Source of the DNA: Naegleria gruberi
Lineage: Eukaryota
Length of the DNA: 64,000 nt
Strand: one strand, 5' to 3'
NCBI GenBank assembly: GCA_000004985.1
Contig: GG738934.1
Position 1 is the stretch's first letter. The number at the start of each line of letters is the position of its first letter. A program made the position numbers and the translations under genes. Shown piece after piece: positions 43,283 to 54,066 of this stretch. A model generated the notes under the pieces. It searched no databases and was not told the DNA's origin. It saw nothing but the letters and a program-made list of their open reading frames with translations.

Positions 43283-46200
43283 ATGNNNNNNNNNNNNNNN
43301 NNNNNNNNNNNNNNNNNNNNNNNNNNNNNNNNNNNATTTGAGAGCTCTCTTCAAACTAAAGTATTTGATAAAGAAATTGATGAAGAGCTTGTAAAATATG
43401 CTACATCCAAAAGGAATAGAATGTCTGCAAGTACTTTGATAATGAGTGCCATTTATACTTCAACCTTTCATGATAATCCTCAATTTTCTATTAATACTTT
43501 GAAATATGCGTTAAGACAAGCATCATTCGTTCAGAAAATAACCATCAACTCCAAGATTAAGGAAATTGAAGTTAGACACGGCTATCAAATGACAACCGAG
43601 TTTAGTACTATGCTGCTACAAGCTCAAAAGGTGGAAAATAGATTGCTAATGTTCAGAAAATTGTTTTGGCAATACTTTGTTAGCAATGAAGACGATCAAA
43701 ACAAAATTAACGCTATCGTTCATGCCATGTACAAAACTTTTGAGGAAGGAAAGGTAATTTATGACCTGCTAGTTGTTTCCAATCCTGAAAATCAAGTTCT
43801 AGCAAAAAAGAGAGCGTTATATTTTGATAATTTCTTATTTAGAAAGGTAATGACCAGTAAGAAGTCATCACCTTCTTTGAATAAGGAAGCTACTGGTGAG
43901 GATAGCAAATCGACAATTTCGAACAGGTCTACACAGAATCCAGAGGTAACAAAGAGCCAACAGGTACAAGTGAATGATCAAGCCCACGAATACACTGAAA
44001 AGGTGTACAGAGAGGCAATTAATACCAAGTTTACTATGAAACTAACCTTCCTATTTTTGATTTATGATGCCATTGCTCTGCTAGCTATTTCAGTTGGAAT
44101 AATTATTGGTGTAATCTCTTCTCTTCATGGAGATGAACTTGTAAGAATCTTACACGCCTGTCAATTCACTAATGTTCCGTATTCTCTATTGAGGGAAGTT
44201 AGATTGGCTTATTATTTTAGAAATGATCCTTCCACTTATAATTTTAACAATTTTTATGAAAGAATTACTGCTTTAAAGCACCTTACAGAAGATGGCAAAA
44301 TTAAAAGCTATTCACATCTTTCTGGAGATGCTTTAAACTATTACTCTGGGAATAACTTCCCAGTCATGGTACCCACAATTTCTGCTGATAATAGAGTATC
44401 CTATAAGTGGCAAAATGTATCAATTGCCTCCTTGATATCCGATATCGAAGTAGTTGTCAACAAGTTAAATTCATGGAATATTAACAGCTTCCAAAATTTA
44501 GAGAGCAATTATGAATATTTGTACCTCTCATTTAACCATGAATTAACATCTGGGTATATGGACCAGTATTGCCAGTCTCTCACAAATGGAGTGGTAAATC
44601 ACCCATACGATGAGGCAGTAATAGTCAACTCTGTTTTGTTAGGTCTACTTGTAGTAGCCACTGTTATTGTAATCGTATTACTAGCAACACTTAATATCAA
44701 AGAAAAGATAATCAGTCTCTTTTCAAAAATACCAAAAGATATTGTGGGAATTCTGAATATTGAGTTGGAAAAGCAAACTGATAAGAAGTGCGACAATAGC
44801 TCATACTCTGAAATATTTACATTCAAAGTGAAATTGTTGATGGTTCTTTTGGTAATATTTCTAGTTTGTGTTACTTCCTTATCAGTAACATTTTATGAAG
44901 CTTACAGTTTAGATTTCAGTTCTAGAAGCTCAACTTTAAAGCTTGGTTACATGTCTTCCCTACTGATAAATCTTCATAAGGATCAATTAATACTAGAAAA
45001 CAAGATTATTAATGGATCTAGCAATAGTTTGGGTTCTTCCAACAATGCTATTGAACGTTCATGGATCGTTTTTAGATATGGTAACCATAACTATCCAACA
45101 ACTTTACATTCTATATCAAGCAATGCCAAGTTCTTACTTGAAGGTAATAGTAGTTGTGGTACAATTAATTGCACAGGTCTTGATTCATTATTAGAGAAAT
45201 ATGTAATGAATATGGACTCTATTGCCTTCAGTACTAAATTGTCCAATTCCACTCTTGTAATGTTTTCCACCCTACTCTCTGCAATTTCAGCTAAGATACA
45301 TTCTCTTGGAGATGATTTAGTAGATCCAATAGTGGGTGTTCAAACCAAATTGGCTCTTGGTGTTTTCTCTGGAGCTTTTGTTTTGATATTGATTATTGCA
45401 GGATTACACTACGCAGAGCTGCGAGAATATGTTGATGAATGTAATCACACAAGAAGTATGCTTAGTATGATACCTTTTGATATAATTTCGCANNNNNNNN
45501 NNNNNNNNNNNNNNNNNNNNNNNNNNNNNNNNNNNNNNNNNNATATTTGGTGAAGGTCAAAACTCTGTTTCTTTAAAGGCAGTACTAGATAAGTTATTGG
45601 TTGCTACCGAATCTGCTGGAGAACATTTGGAATTGGAAGCAGTCAGAAAGAATGGCAGTTCTCTCTCAGTTGGTGTGTCCGTATCTGTTTTCCACCATGA
45701 AAATAAGAATCTAATTACAATGCTATTGAGGGATATTACTTTCGAAAAAAAGGTATGTTTTTGTCACCTAATTCTAATAATTGAATCATAATAATATTAT
45801 TATAATATTCCATTAAATAATCAATAGCACAAATTATTGCTGGCAGAGGAGAGGAAGAAAAGTGATAATCTACTATTGAACATTCTACCAGAACGTATTG
45901 CTCAAAGATTGAAAGCTGGTGAGACAAGTATCTCTGAAAAGTTTGATGATTGTACATGTCTGTTCAGTGATATGGTTGGTTTCACCAAAATGTCATCAGG
46001 TCTCACTGCCTATGAATTGGTGCAACTTCTCAATTCAATTATTAATGGTTTCGATTCTTATATTACCCCTCTCGGTTTGGAGAAGATCAAGACGATTGGA
46101 GATGCTTACTTTTGTGTAGGAGGACTGAATGGACAGACAGATCACCCGGAAAAAGTAATTACATTTGCCATTCACATGCTATCTGTCATTAATAACTACA

Positions 46201-47942
46201 ATACCAAGAACAATACCAAACTCAACATCAGGTAGGTTTTTCTCAATTTGATTTCATATCTAATTAATCATTAGAGTTGGAATCCACACTGGTCCAGTAA
46301 TTGCTGGTTGTATTGGCCAACAGAAATTTGCATATGATTTGTGGGGTGAAACTCTAATTATTGCCAATTGTACGTATTATTATAATTTTTGAAATTAAAT
46401 TATCATTCGTGTAAAGTGATGGAATCTAAGGGAGTACCAGGAAGAATTCAAGCATCAAGAAAGACCTATGAAAGAGTATATGATATTTTCGAATTTGAGG
46501 AAATCAAGGGAATTGAACTAAAACCATCAGTGCTCGTAAATACCTACTTACTCAAAGAGAAGCATCATGACATTAATACAAACTTTAGTGATGGATTTGA
46601 TAAAATGTTTGCAGGTCTCAATATGTTCAGTCCAAAAACCTATAACTTTTCCAAGATCATTCAAGACCGCTCTCTCATTCAAGGATTCAAGGATTTCTTC
46701 ACAGACTCTGAAAAGGTGAATATCATTAACTTTTACGAGTTGTGTCAAGAGTATGTGAGCTCTCCAATTCCAAGTCTTCGTTATAATATGGCAGAGAATA
46801 TGGTAAGAGATTACCTTGAAGAAACTGCTCCCAAAAGATTGCAATTAAAGTATGTGAAGAATGCTTTTGGCCCATTTCAAATGAAATTCAAGGACTGTAA
46901 TGATGATAATTGTCCTTCTGATTTATTTGAGAACTTCCAAAACCTATGTCTCAAAGTAAGTATTATTATTGTTGTTGTTCATCCAATCATTACAATTACT
47001 GTTGTACAATATTATAATATAACAATAATCCTTTTAAAGGCATTACGAGAAGAATTTCCAGCATTCATCAAGTCGAAGAATTTCAATAAGTTCTTGGAGC
47101 AAAAGAAACGTAACCCAGAACAGCTGAGACCTTATGTGAAGGATGAAAATGATGATGATGATGAGGATGATGAGAAGGCCTTCTTCAAGTTTTGTGAAAA
47201 GTGTGGAACTGAAATTATCAATTTGGAAAACCACCGTTTCAATGATTATGAATTTAACAATAGAAAGGAACTCTTGTTAGAGTTGAATCAGTGGAGTATT
47301 CACTTTGAGGGTAGTGGTGGTAAGACCTATATCAGTCCTGAGGTTGCTCACAACCATTTGAGTAATAGTAGAAGGCACGTTCAACTCAAGTATGTGTACG
47401 ATATGAATTGCAAACACAAGGACCTTTTCAATGCTTGGATTGATGAAAAATCCCTCTCAACACGAGTAGCACAATTAACCTCCTCCAAACATGTTGATTC
47501 TGTACAGGTTGGAAAGTACATGCACGTGGTTTGTCATGAAAACTTCAAGATGCCCTTCCCACGCTCCAAGAGAGAATTTGTTCATGCCTATTCTTGTTCT
47601 TACAATCCAAGTGAAGAAGTCTACATGTGTATATCACGTAGTATTAACAATCCGAGAGCACCTCCATCAAGACAAATTCGTGGAGAAATCAAGACTGCCT
47701 TCATGGTCAAAAAGTTGTCTGAAACCACTTGTAGATATTACTATTCTGTTATTATTGATTGCATGGGAATGCTCTCACCAGAGTATTATACCAAGAATAT
47801 TTACAAGGAAATTCAACAAGATTGTTTCCATGTCAATTTGGTTAAATTTGTTGATGAATTTGCAAAGGAAAATCGACAACCTTCCGGACCATTGGTAAAT
47901 TCACTCAATTATTATTTGGAACATCATGATAGTAGTAAATAA
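43283..47942 (+). CDS. Multi-TM receptor-type class III adenylyl-cyclase-like protein, C1-like subunit, with a C-terminal RGS domain and a further C-terminal domain. Exons: ..45752, 45828..46231, 46275..46369, 46417..46955, 47040..47942. Two 50-N gaps inside exon 1. The true 5' end is uncertain.
   Basis: TM segments: [80 protein letters not shown]: ..[43 protein letters not shown]. Cyclase: ..[56 protein letters not shown]|[31 protein letters not shown]|[14 protein letters not shown]..; both metal Asp plus Lys/Asp are present, and the Asn/Arg positions read I and L. RGS: [64 protein letters not shown]|[15 protein letters not shown]. Introns have GT..AG with consistent phases. Confidence 0.8.
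43286..43335. other. 50-N assembly gap inside the cyclase gene
   Basis: Exactly 50 N; conventional unknown-size gap. Confidence 0.99.
45493..45542. other. 50-N assembly gap inside the cyclase gene
   Basis: Exactly 50 N. Confidence 0.99.
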
Positions 47943-48368
47943 ATAGCTTATTATTTTGTTATTAGTTTCCTGTTGTTGTTATGATGAGGATAGCTTATTG
48001 TTATGTTATTAGTTTTCCTGTTGTTTCCATCATTGCATGTGATGAGGTGGCAACGATATTTTTTTTATTATTAAAAAAATTGTGGACAGTTTTACCGTTA
48101 TCGAATATTTACCTTCATCCCGAACTACAACATGCTCATCATGATAAATATTATAATTATTATTGGGTATCGGATGTAAAAACAAACAACTTGAAAATGT
48201 GCTTCATAATCATCATAGATATGCTAATGTACAAAAATGTTTCGCGTTTTACATTTCGATATTAAAATCAGCGGAATTATTTCCACATAAAGACAAAAAA
48301 ACAACACAAAAAAACCATTCAATACTAGCACTGCTGGATTAATCATCATTCGAAAGGTTTGACACTCA

Positions 48369-50543
48369 TTGCTTTACAAAAAACCTTTCGAATTTTTCAA
48401 AATGGTCTTTGGAAACAATAATTCATCATCACCGAATGATATTTCACCTAGGAATAGACGATTCGTATTTCAACAAGCTACTACAACACACCATCATCAT
48501 AATCATCATCATCACCATCATGGTGGTCATCATCACGAACAAGAAGATGATTCATTGGTTGCGAGTGGAGAATTGGTGATGAGACAGAATGGATTTTTTG
48601 GTAGATGGAAAAAGTAAGTAAAATCTCCTTTACATGTGATTAGTTTACTTTCGTTCATTCACATGACTATTTGAAATGTTCATTTCTTTTGGTGTTGTCC
48701 AACTCTTAGATTCTTCTTTACACTAACAAAGGATGGAGCTTTTGTTAAATTCAAAACCTCTGATTTTCACACACCCATGCAAACATACTTTCTAATATAT
48801 TCACACAATTTAGTTTGTGACGGGCACAAAAACGACAAGTACAATATGGTGACAACAGAGGCTGCATTTGAATCACCCACACTTCCTCAACCAGCTAATA
48901 ATTTATGTGGAAAATCGAATAGTATGCTCTTGTTTGTGGAAAATTCAGTGGCAGAAAAGGAAACTCTTGTTGTGGTGGCTCCTTCTGCTGATCAGTACAA
49001 TATGTGGATGAGAGCTTTTGAAATTGTATTTGAAAATGCAAAATATGAAATGACAGTTAGTACCATGATTGATGGTACATCCTCATCATCAGATTCTGGA
49101 TCATCTTTCACAAGTCATGAATCATATCATTCAGATAAGCAAATTACATTTGATATTTACAAGAAGGGATTGAAGATTTCAAATTTAATTGATGCCATGA
49201 CAGATCCTACTGTCATTGCAAATGATAAGGGAATAATTATAGGTGTAAATGGTGCAGCAGAGGCAATGTTTGAGTGGAAACATATTGAACTGATAGGAGA
49301 GAATGTCAAAGTTCTCATGCCAACAGTATTTGCCAAATATCATGACGAGTTTATCAATAATTACAAAAAGACGAGAAAGCAGAGAATGATTGGAAAGCCA
49401 AGAAATGTACTAGGAAAGACAAAAAATGGAAGAACATTCACTGTAGAGATTTCAGTGGGAGAAATTTCAGGACGAATGTCATCAGATATGATTCATTCAT
49501 CGGAACATGAGAATATAATTGGAGATTTGTCATTTATGGCTGTGTTTCGAATTCCTTTCGGTTCTAGTTTCGGATCTTCTTCAGATTTATCGTGGGACAG
49601 CTCGAGTATGAGTTCCAGTGAATCATTCAATGAGAAGGAGAAGGAGGACGAACACGATTTTAACACCATGATCGAGGCGAGTGTAAAGAATTTTTCACAT
49701 CACAACACAGCACCTCTACCACCTAGGAATTTGAGATTAAACATCTCCAGTTCAAAATCATCCTCAGCAGAGGATGTCTTTAACGATCCAGCTAGAAGTT
49801 ATAGTGATGACGATAGTGATTCTTCGAGTGACAGCGATGTAGAACAGTATATGATTTCACCACCTCGTGGTGGACCAACACATTCAGCACTGTTCAATTG
49901 CATTTCATATTCACCATCCAGTTTACAAGAGAGAAAGGAAAAGATTTACAAACGAGTGGAAAAGATTGAAAAGAGGAGCAGAACTTTGAAAGATAACGAA
50001 TTCAACAAGCTGAAATACAAATTTCTACTATTGGAAAAGCAGATTAAAATCATGGAAGAGGAAAATGAAAAATTATTCACTCAATTAGAAACACAACGAG
50101 AATCAATTGAATTATTGGAGAGAGAAAGCCGAGTAATGTTATCATCACCAGAAGTTTCAGTATTTATTGATATGGCAAACAGCCCTTCATCCTATGAATC
50201 AATTTTGAAGTGGGCAACTAAGAATGGTAAACTAAATCATGTCAGATGTTGTAAAAGTATAATTGATTTCAGTGCCAAATATTCCAAATCAATGAAATCA
50301 GCATCCTATTCACTCCACAAACAACACTTCAAGATGGAGAAGAATGCAAGAGAAATATTCGATGAATTCTTCTCTTCCCACGCCAAACATCCAGTCATTC
50401 TCTCGGAAGAATTGGCCGATACCCTATTATCACATTTGGACACTCCAACGTCTCACATGTTTACAATGATACTTTACGAAATCATAACGACTAGTATATC
50501 TTCTGAACAATTATGGAATAACGTATTTTCTGGACATATTTGA
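48369..50543 (+). CDS. PH-domain / PAS-domain / RGS-like-domain signalling protein with a poly-His tract and Ser/Asp-rich linker. Two exons: 48369..48613 and 48710..50543.
   Basis: Intron 48614..48709 (GTAAGT..TTAG, phase 2) splits the PH signature ..GELVMRQNGFFGRWKK|(K)FFFTLTKDGAFVKFKTSDF... HHHHNHHHHHHGGHHH tract. PAS: ..MTDPTVIANDKGIIIGVNGAAEAMFEWKHIELIGENVKVLMPTVFAKYHDEFINNYKKTRKQ..GKTKNGRTFTVEISVGEI. C-terminal RGS-like half: ..AREIFDEFFSSHAKHPVILSEELADTLL..HMFTMILYEIITTSISSEQLWNNVF. Confidence 0.75.
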
Positions 50544-50835
50544 TTAGTATTTCCCATTTTTTTGATTTTTGGTGAATTGACAGATTGGTAATAAACATTA
50601 AAAAAGGAAAGTTACCTTGAAAATCCAACTTTTACATTTAATTTCATTTCGAACCACACATTTCAAATTTAAAATACTTCCAAATCAGTTGTTTTCAAAA
50701 TAGTGCATTTCCTTTTAATTTTTAAATTGTTGATTTTCCCGATTTGTTTTTTAAACGAATAACTCACTCTCTATCATCTTAACACAAAAAAAAGAATAGA
50801 AACAGTAAACTAAACCTTTCCAATACAGTCAAAAA

Positions 50836-51321
50836 ATGGGTAAATTCAAAACTCTTGTCAGAGCATTAGCAATTCCAGCTGCAGCAGCAAGTTTCATTCC
50901 ATTCGCCTTGGGTGTTTGTTCATTGGGTGTAACTGCTCGTTTCCATGGCAGTAACATCAACTATGAAGCTTACATTTTCGATGCCTTGTTTGTCATCTTG
51001 TGGTTGGGAACTTTCGCCATGTCCTTGGCTACTCTCCTCCTTCCTCACTGGAGATTTGGTATTCCATACTTGATTTGGAGTTCTTTAACTTTAGGTTTCT
51101 CATTCGGTTATGCTCTCTTCTGGAGTCCTTACATGAGAAATGCAACTGCCTTAAAGTCATATACTGGAGCAGGTGCAGCTGATCACTTGGCATTCTCTAC
51201 AGGTATAATTGGTAGCGTACTAGGTACTATTCCAGTAGCTCATGCTGGTATTGCTGCAGCTAGAGGAAGAAAGACTTCAATGGTTAAGACTAATCAACCA
51301 GTTGCTACTACATATGCTTAA
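50836..51321 (+). CDS. Small 4-TM membrane protein. Hypothetical. Probably highly expressed.
   Basis: 161 aa with four hydrophobic segments. Strong preference for C/T-ending codons (ttc, ggt, gct, cca, act, aac), unlike neighbouring genes. Confidence 0.6.
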   Translation: MGKFKTLVRALAIPAAAASFIPFALGVCSLGVTARFHGSNINYEAYIFDALFVILWLGTFAMSLATLLLPHWRFGIPYLIWSSLTLGFSFGYALFWSPYMRNATALKSYTGAGAADHLAFSTGIIGSVLGTIPVAHAGIAAARGRKTSMVKTNQPVATTYA

Positions 51322-51543
51322 ATGTAATTTAATTGTGTGTAAATATACTATCCTGATTATTAATTGTGTTTATTGAAGCATGTTTGAAAGATTGCTTTTG
51401 TAAAGTTGTTAATAGTTGGTTGACTGTTTGTAAATAAAATGTATAATAATATGTGAAACAACTATTAGAACATTGAACAAATTGGCACAACGTCAATCCA
51501 CAAATCATCTTTCCAATTTGATTGAATATTCAAAGATAAAAAA

Positions 51544-52359
51544 ATGTTTCAAGGACATTACGGCCCTGCTGGTTTATTATTCTTTATCCGAAACCACTCC
51601 ATTCCACTCTCATGGCTCATTCTCTCCACGCAATGGATTGATGTTGTATTTTATACATCTGCCATTCTGTGTGAAAAGTTATTCGATTCACAAATTGACT
51701 CTTGTCCATACAAGCCATGGATTTGTGGAGAATATGCAACTTATAATGTGGATTTGATGAGGAAGGGAAGAGTTACACCTATGGATTTTTCTATTGATTA
51801 TACACATTCCATTTTGGGAGTTTTTATTCTGTCACTTGTCTATTCGATGATTTATTGGATTTATTCGAAGGTTAGTGGAAAGAAAAAAGTTGATTCTTTG
51901 GGAAAGATTGTTTTCATTATGTTTTTAGGAGCATTTTCTCATTGGATTTTGGATTTTCTTGTTCATAGAAAGGATTTACTTGCATTCTTTCCAATAAGTA
52001 ATTGGAAAGGTGGCTTAGGTTGGTGGGATTATCCTAATGAATACGTATTTTGTTTGGAAACCTTCTTAGTCTTGTTGGGATGTGTTGGAATTTTGATTGG
52101 TAAGGCAAAGAGAGGTCAGAAATTAACAAGTGCCAGATTTTTATTGTCATTTGGCTTGTATCTTTCAATTTCTGTAATATTGACCTATGTAGCTGTTTTT
52201 GATGATGCCAAAAAACATCAAGAAAACGTAGATAAGGTAGTTCATGGATCAATCGTTAAAAATGGTCCAGATTTATTGGTCTTGTTCACTTATTTCGTCA
52301 GTGCAACTTTGGGATATTTCATGGAAGAACAACAACAGATTGTTCAAAAGAAAGATTAA
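51544..52359 (+). CDS. Multi-pass membrane protein. Hypothetical.
   Basis: 271-aa ORF with about 6 hydrophobic segments (LLFFIRNHSIPLSWLIL.., ILGVFILSLVYSMIYWIY, IVFIMFLGAFSHWILDFLV, FLVLLGCVGILIG, LLSFGLYLSISVILTYVAVF). Confidence 0.55.
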   Translation: MFQGHYGPAGLLFFIRNHSIPLSWLILSTQWIDVVFYTSAILCEKLFDSQIDSCPYKPWICGEYATYNVDLMRKGRVTPMDFSIDYTHSILGVFILSLVYSMIYWIYSKVSGKKKVDSLGKIVFIMFLGAFSHWILDFLVHRKDLLAFFPISNWKGGLGWWDYPNEYVFCLETFLVLLGCVGILIGKAKRGQKLTSARFLLSFGLYLSISVILTYVAVFDDAKKHQENVDKVVHGSIVKNGPDLLVLFTYFVSATLGYFMEEQQQIVQKKD

Positions 52360-52407
52360 AATTTTTGAGTGGAATATTTATTGGAATTACATATTTAAAT
52401 TACGCAA

Positions 52408-54048
52408 TTAAATTTTTAAATATTTTAATTTTTTTGAAGTTTTCATATTTCTACATAATTTAATACCATTTGTGGTGAGATTATTTTTTGTAATGTCAAG
52501 ATCAGCCAAACTTTGCATGTTAGAGATGAATTGTGCACCTTCAAAGCCAATGTTACAATCGCATACGTTCAATGCTGTCAAATTATTCATTCCACTAATG
52601 TATTTGGCACCTAAATCTGAAATTTGGTTATGAGAAACGTGTAACCTTCTCAAGTTAATTAGTTCACAGATAGTTTTTAATCCTTCACCTGTGATTCCTG
52701 CTCCTTTAAGATCAAGATATTCCAAATTATATAGCAATCCAATACTCAAAGCACCTTCATCTCCAATCAGATTATCACATAAAAAAATGCAAGTCAATTG
52801 AGTCATTCCTGATAGTATTTTAGCACCATCTGAAGTGATATGATTATCATTGATACGGAGAACCTTAAGGCGTTTCATTTCAGCAATGTATTTTGCTCCT
52901 TCATTTCCAATTTTGTTTGTTGTTACATCTAGGTTGGTTAACTTCAAGTGAGAAATAGTTTCCAAATTTGTGATCTTATTATTCTTTAGATTTAGGGTGA
53001 CTAATTTCTCAAGATTATTCAATGATTTTAGTCCTTGATCTGTTATTTCATTTTCCCCTAAATCGAGGTAAGCCAATTTGCTCAATTTACCAATTGATTC
53101 GAGTCCATCATCGCCAATTCTATTTCCACTTAGCTCAAGTAATGTTAAATTTTTCATTTCTCCAATATTTCTTGCTCCAATAGATCCAATTCCATTTTCA
53201 CAAGCTCGGAGATATTTAATTTGCTTCAATTGGCTTATGTTATTGGTACCTAAATCTGCGATTGAGCATCGATTGATAGAAAGATTTGTCAAATTTGATA
53301 ACTTTGCAATTAGATGTGCAGATTGGGGAGTTAGTTCAGAAGAATTAATACAAAGTTCGGTCAACTTGGAATGATTGGATATCTCATTGATTGTTTCAAG
53401 GTTACAATCCATCATTTTGAGTGATCTTAATTCTGACATTTGACTTAATGATATAATTCCCTCATCGTCATAAGTATTTCCTTTCAACTTAAGACTAGTT
53501 AAGTTTTTTAAATTACCAATAATTTCCACTCCGCGTCTAATCTTACTCCATTCAATTCTGAGCTCAGTCAATTGATTCATTTCACCTAATTTTTGTACAC
53601 TTTCCATATCAATGCTACACCAATCAATTCCAAGACAAGTTAAATTAGGTAATTCAAAAACACATTTTAAAAGTGACAAATTGTGTGAAACATTCACTCT
53701 TTTCAAGTTTGTCATTTTCTTTAAAATTTCCAATAATTTCCCATCAGCTTGTTTAAATATAGATAAACTAATACCAATAGTTTCTATATTTTGTAGAAAT
53801 TGGCTATTTTCCAGTCCATCAATTTTGTTTTGTGTAATAGTTAAAAGTTTGATGGAAAGTTTAGAATAGGATTTGATGACTTGTAAAAATTGTTGTGAAA
53901 TTAACGCGCAGGATTTAATTACAAACAAAGGTTCACAGTATTGTATAATTTCAAAACAAATGTCATCAGGAAATAAATTGCTTCCGATTTTGGATGATGG
54001 GGTTTCGTCTAGATTCATTTTTTTTTTACTGCAATTGATGGTTGACAT
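52408..54048 (-). CDS. F-box / leucine-rich-repeat (RNI-like) protein.
   Basis: N-terminal F-box-like ..LFPDDICFEIIQYCEPLFVIKSCALISQQFLQVIK... About 16 tandem 24-25-residue repeats of the form L..L..L.L..N.I.D.G...I (for example LTLLELSGNRIGDDGLESIGKLSK, LAYLDLGENEITDQGLKSLNNLEK). Confidence 0.8.
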   Translation of the reverse strand: MSTINCSKKKMNLDETPSSKIGSNLFPDDICFEIIQYCEPLFVIKSCALISQQFLQVIKSYSKLSIKLLTITQNKIDGLENSQFLQNIETIGISLSIFKQADGKLLEILKKMTNLKRVNVSHNLSLLKCVFELPNLTCLGIDWCSIDMESVQKLGEMNQLTELRIEWSKIRRGVEIIGNLKNLTSLKLKGNTYDDEGIISLSQMSELRSLKMMDCNLETINEISNHSKLTELCINSSELTPQSAHLIAKLSNLTNLSINRCSIADLGTNNISQLKQIKYLRACENGIGSIGARNIGEMKNLTLLELSGNRIGDDGLESIGKLSKLAYLDLGENEITDQGLKSLNNLEKLVTLNLKNNKITNLETISHLKLTNLDVTTNKIGNEGAKYIAEMKRLKVLRINDNHITSDGAKILSGMTQLTCIFLCDNLIGDEGALSIGLLYNLEYLDLKGAGITGEGLKTICELINLRRLHVSHNQISDLGAKYISGMNNLTALNVCDCNIGFEGAQFISNMQSLADLDITKNNLTTNGIKLCRNMKTSKKLKYLKI

Positions 54049-54066
54049 GTCAGTTCCAAGGTAAAA

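Noticed and set aside
43283-43285. ATG at 43283 as the true start of the plus-strand cyclase gene
   Set aside because: It is kept only as the provisional start. It abuts a 50-N gap of unknown true size, so the frame and the N-terminus cannot be verified from this sequence.
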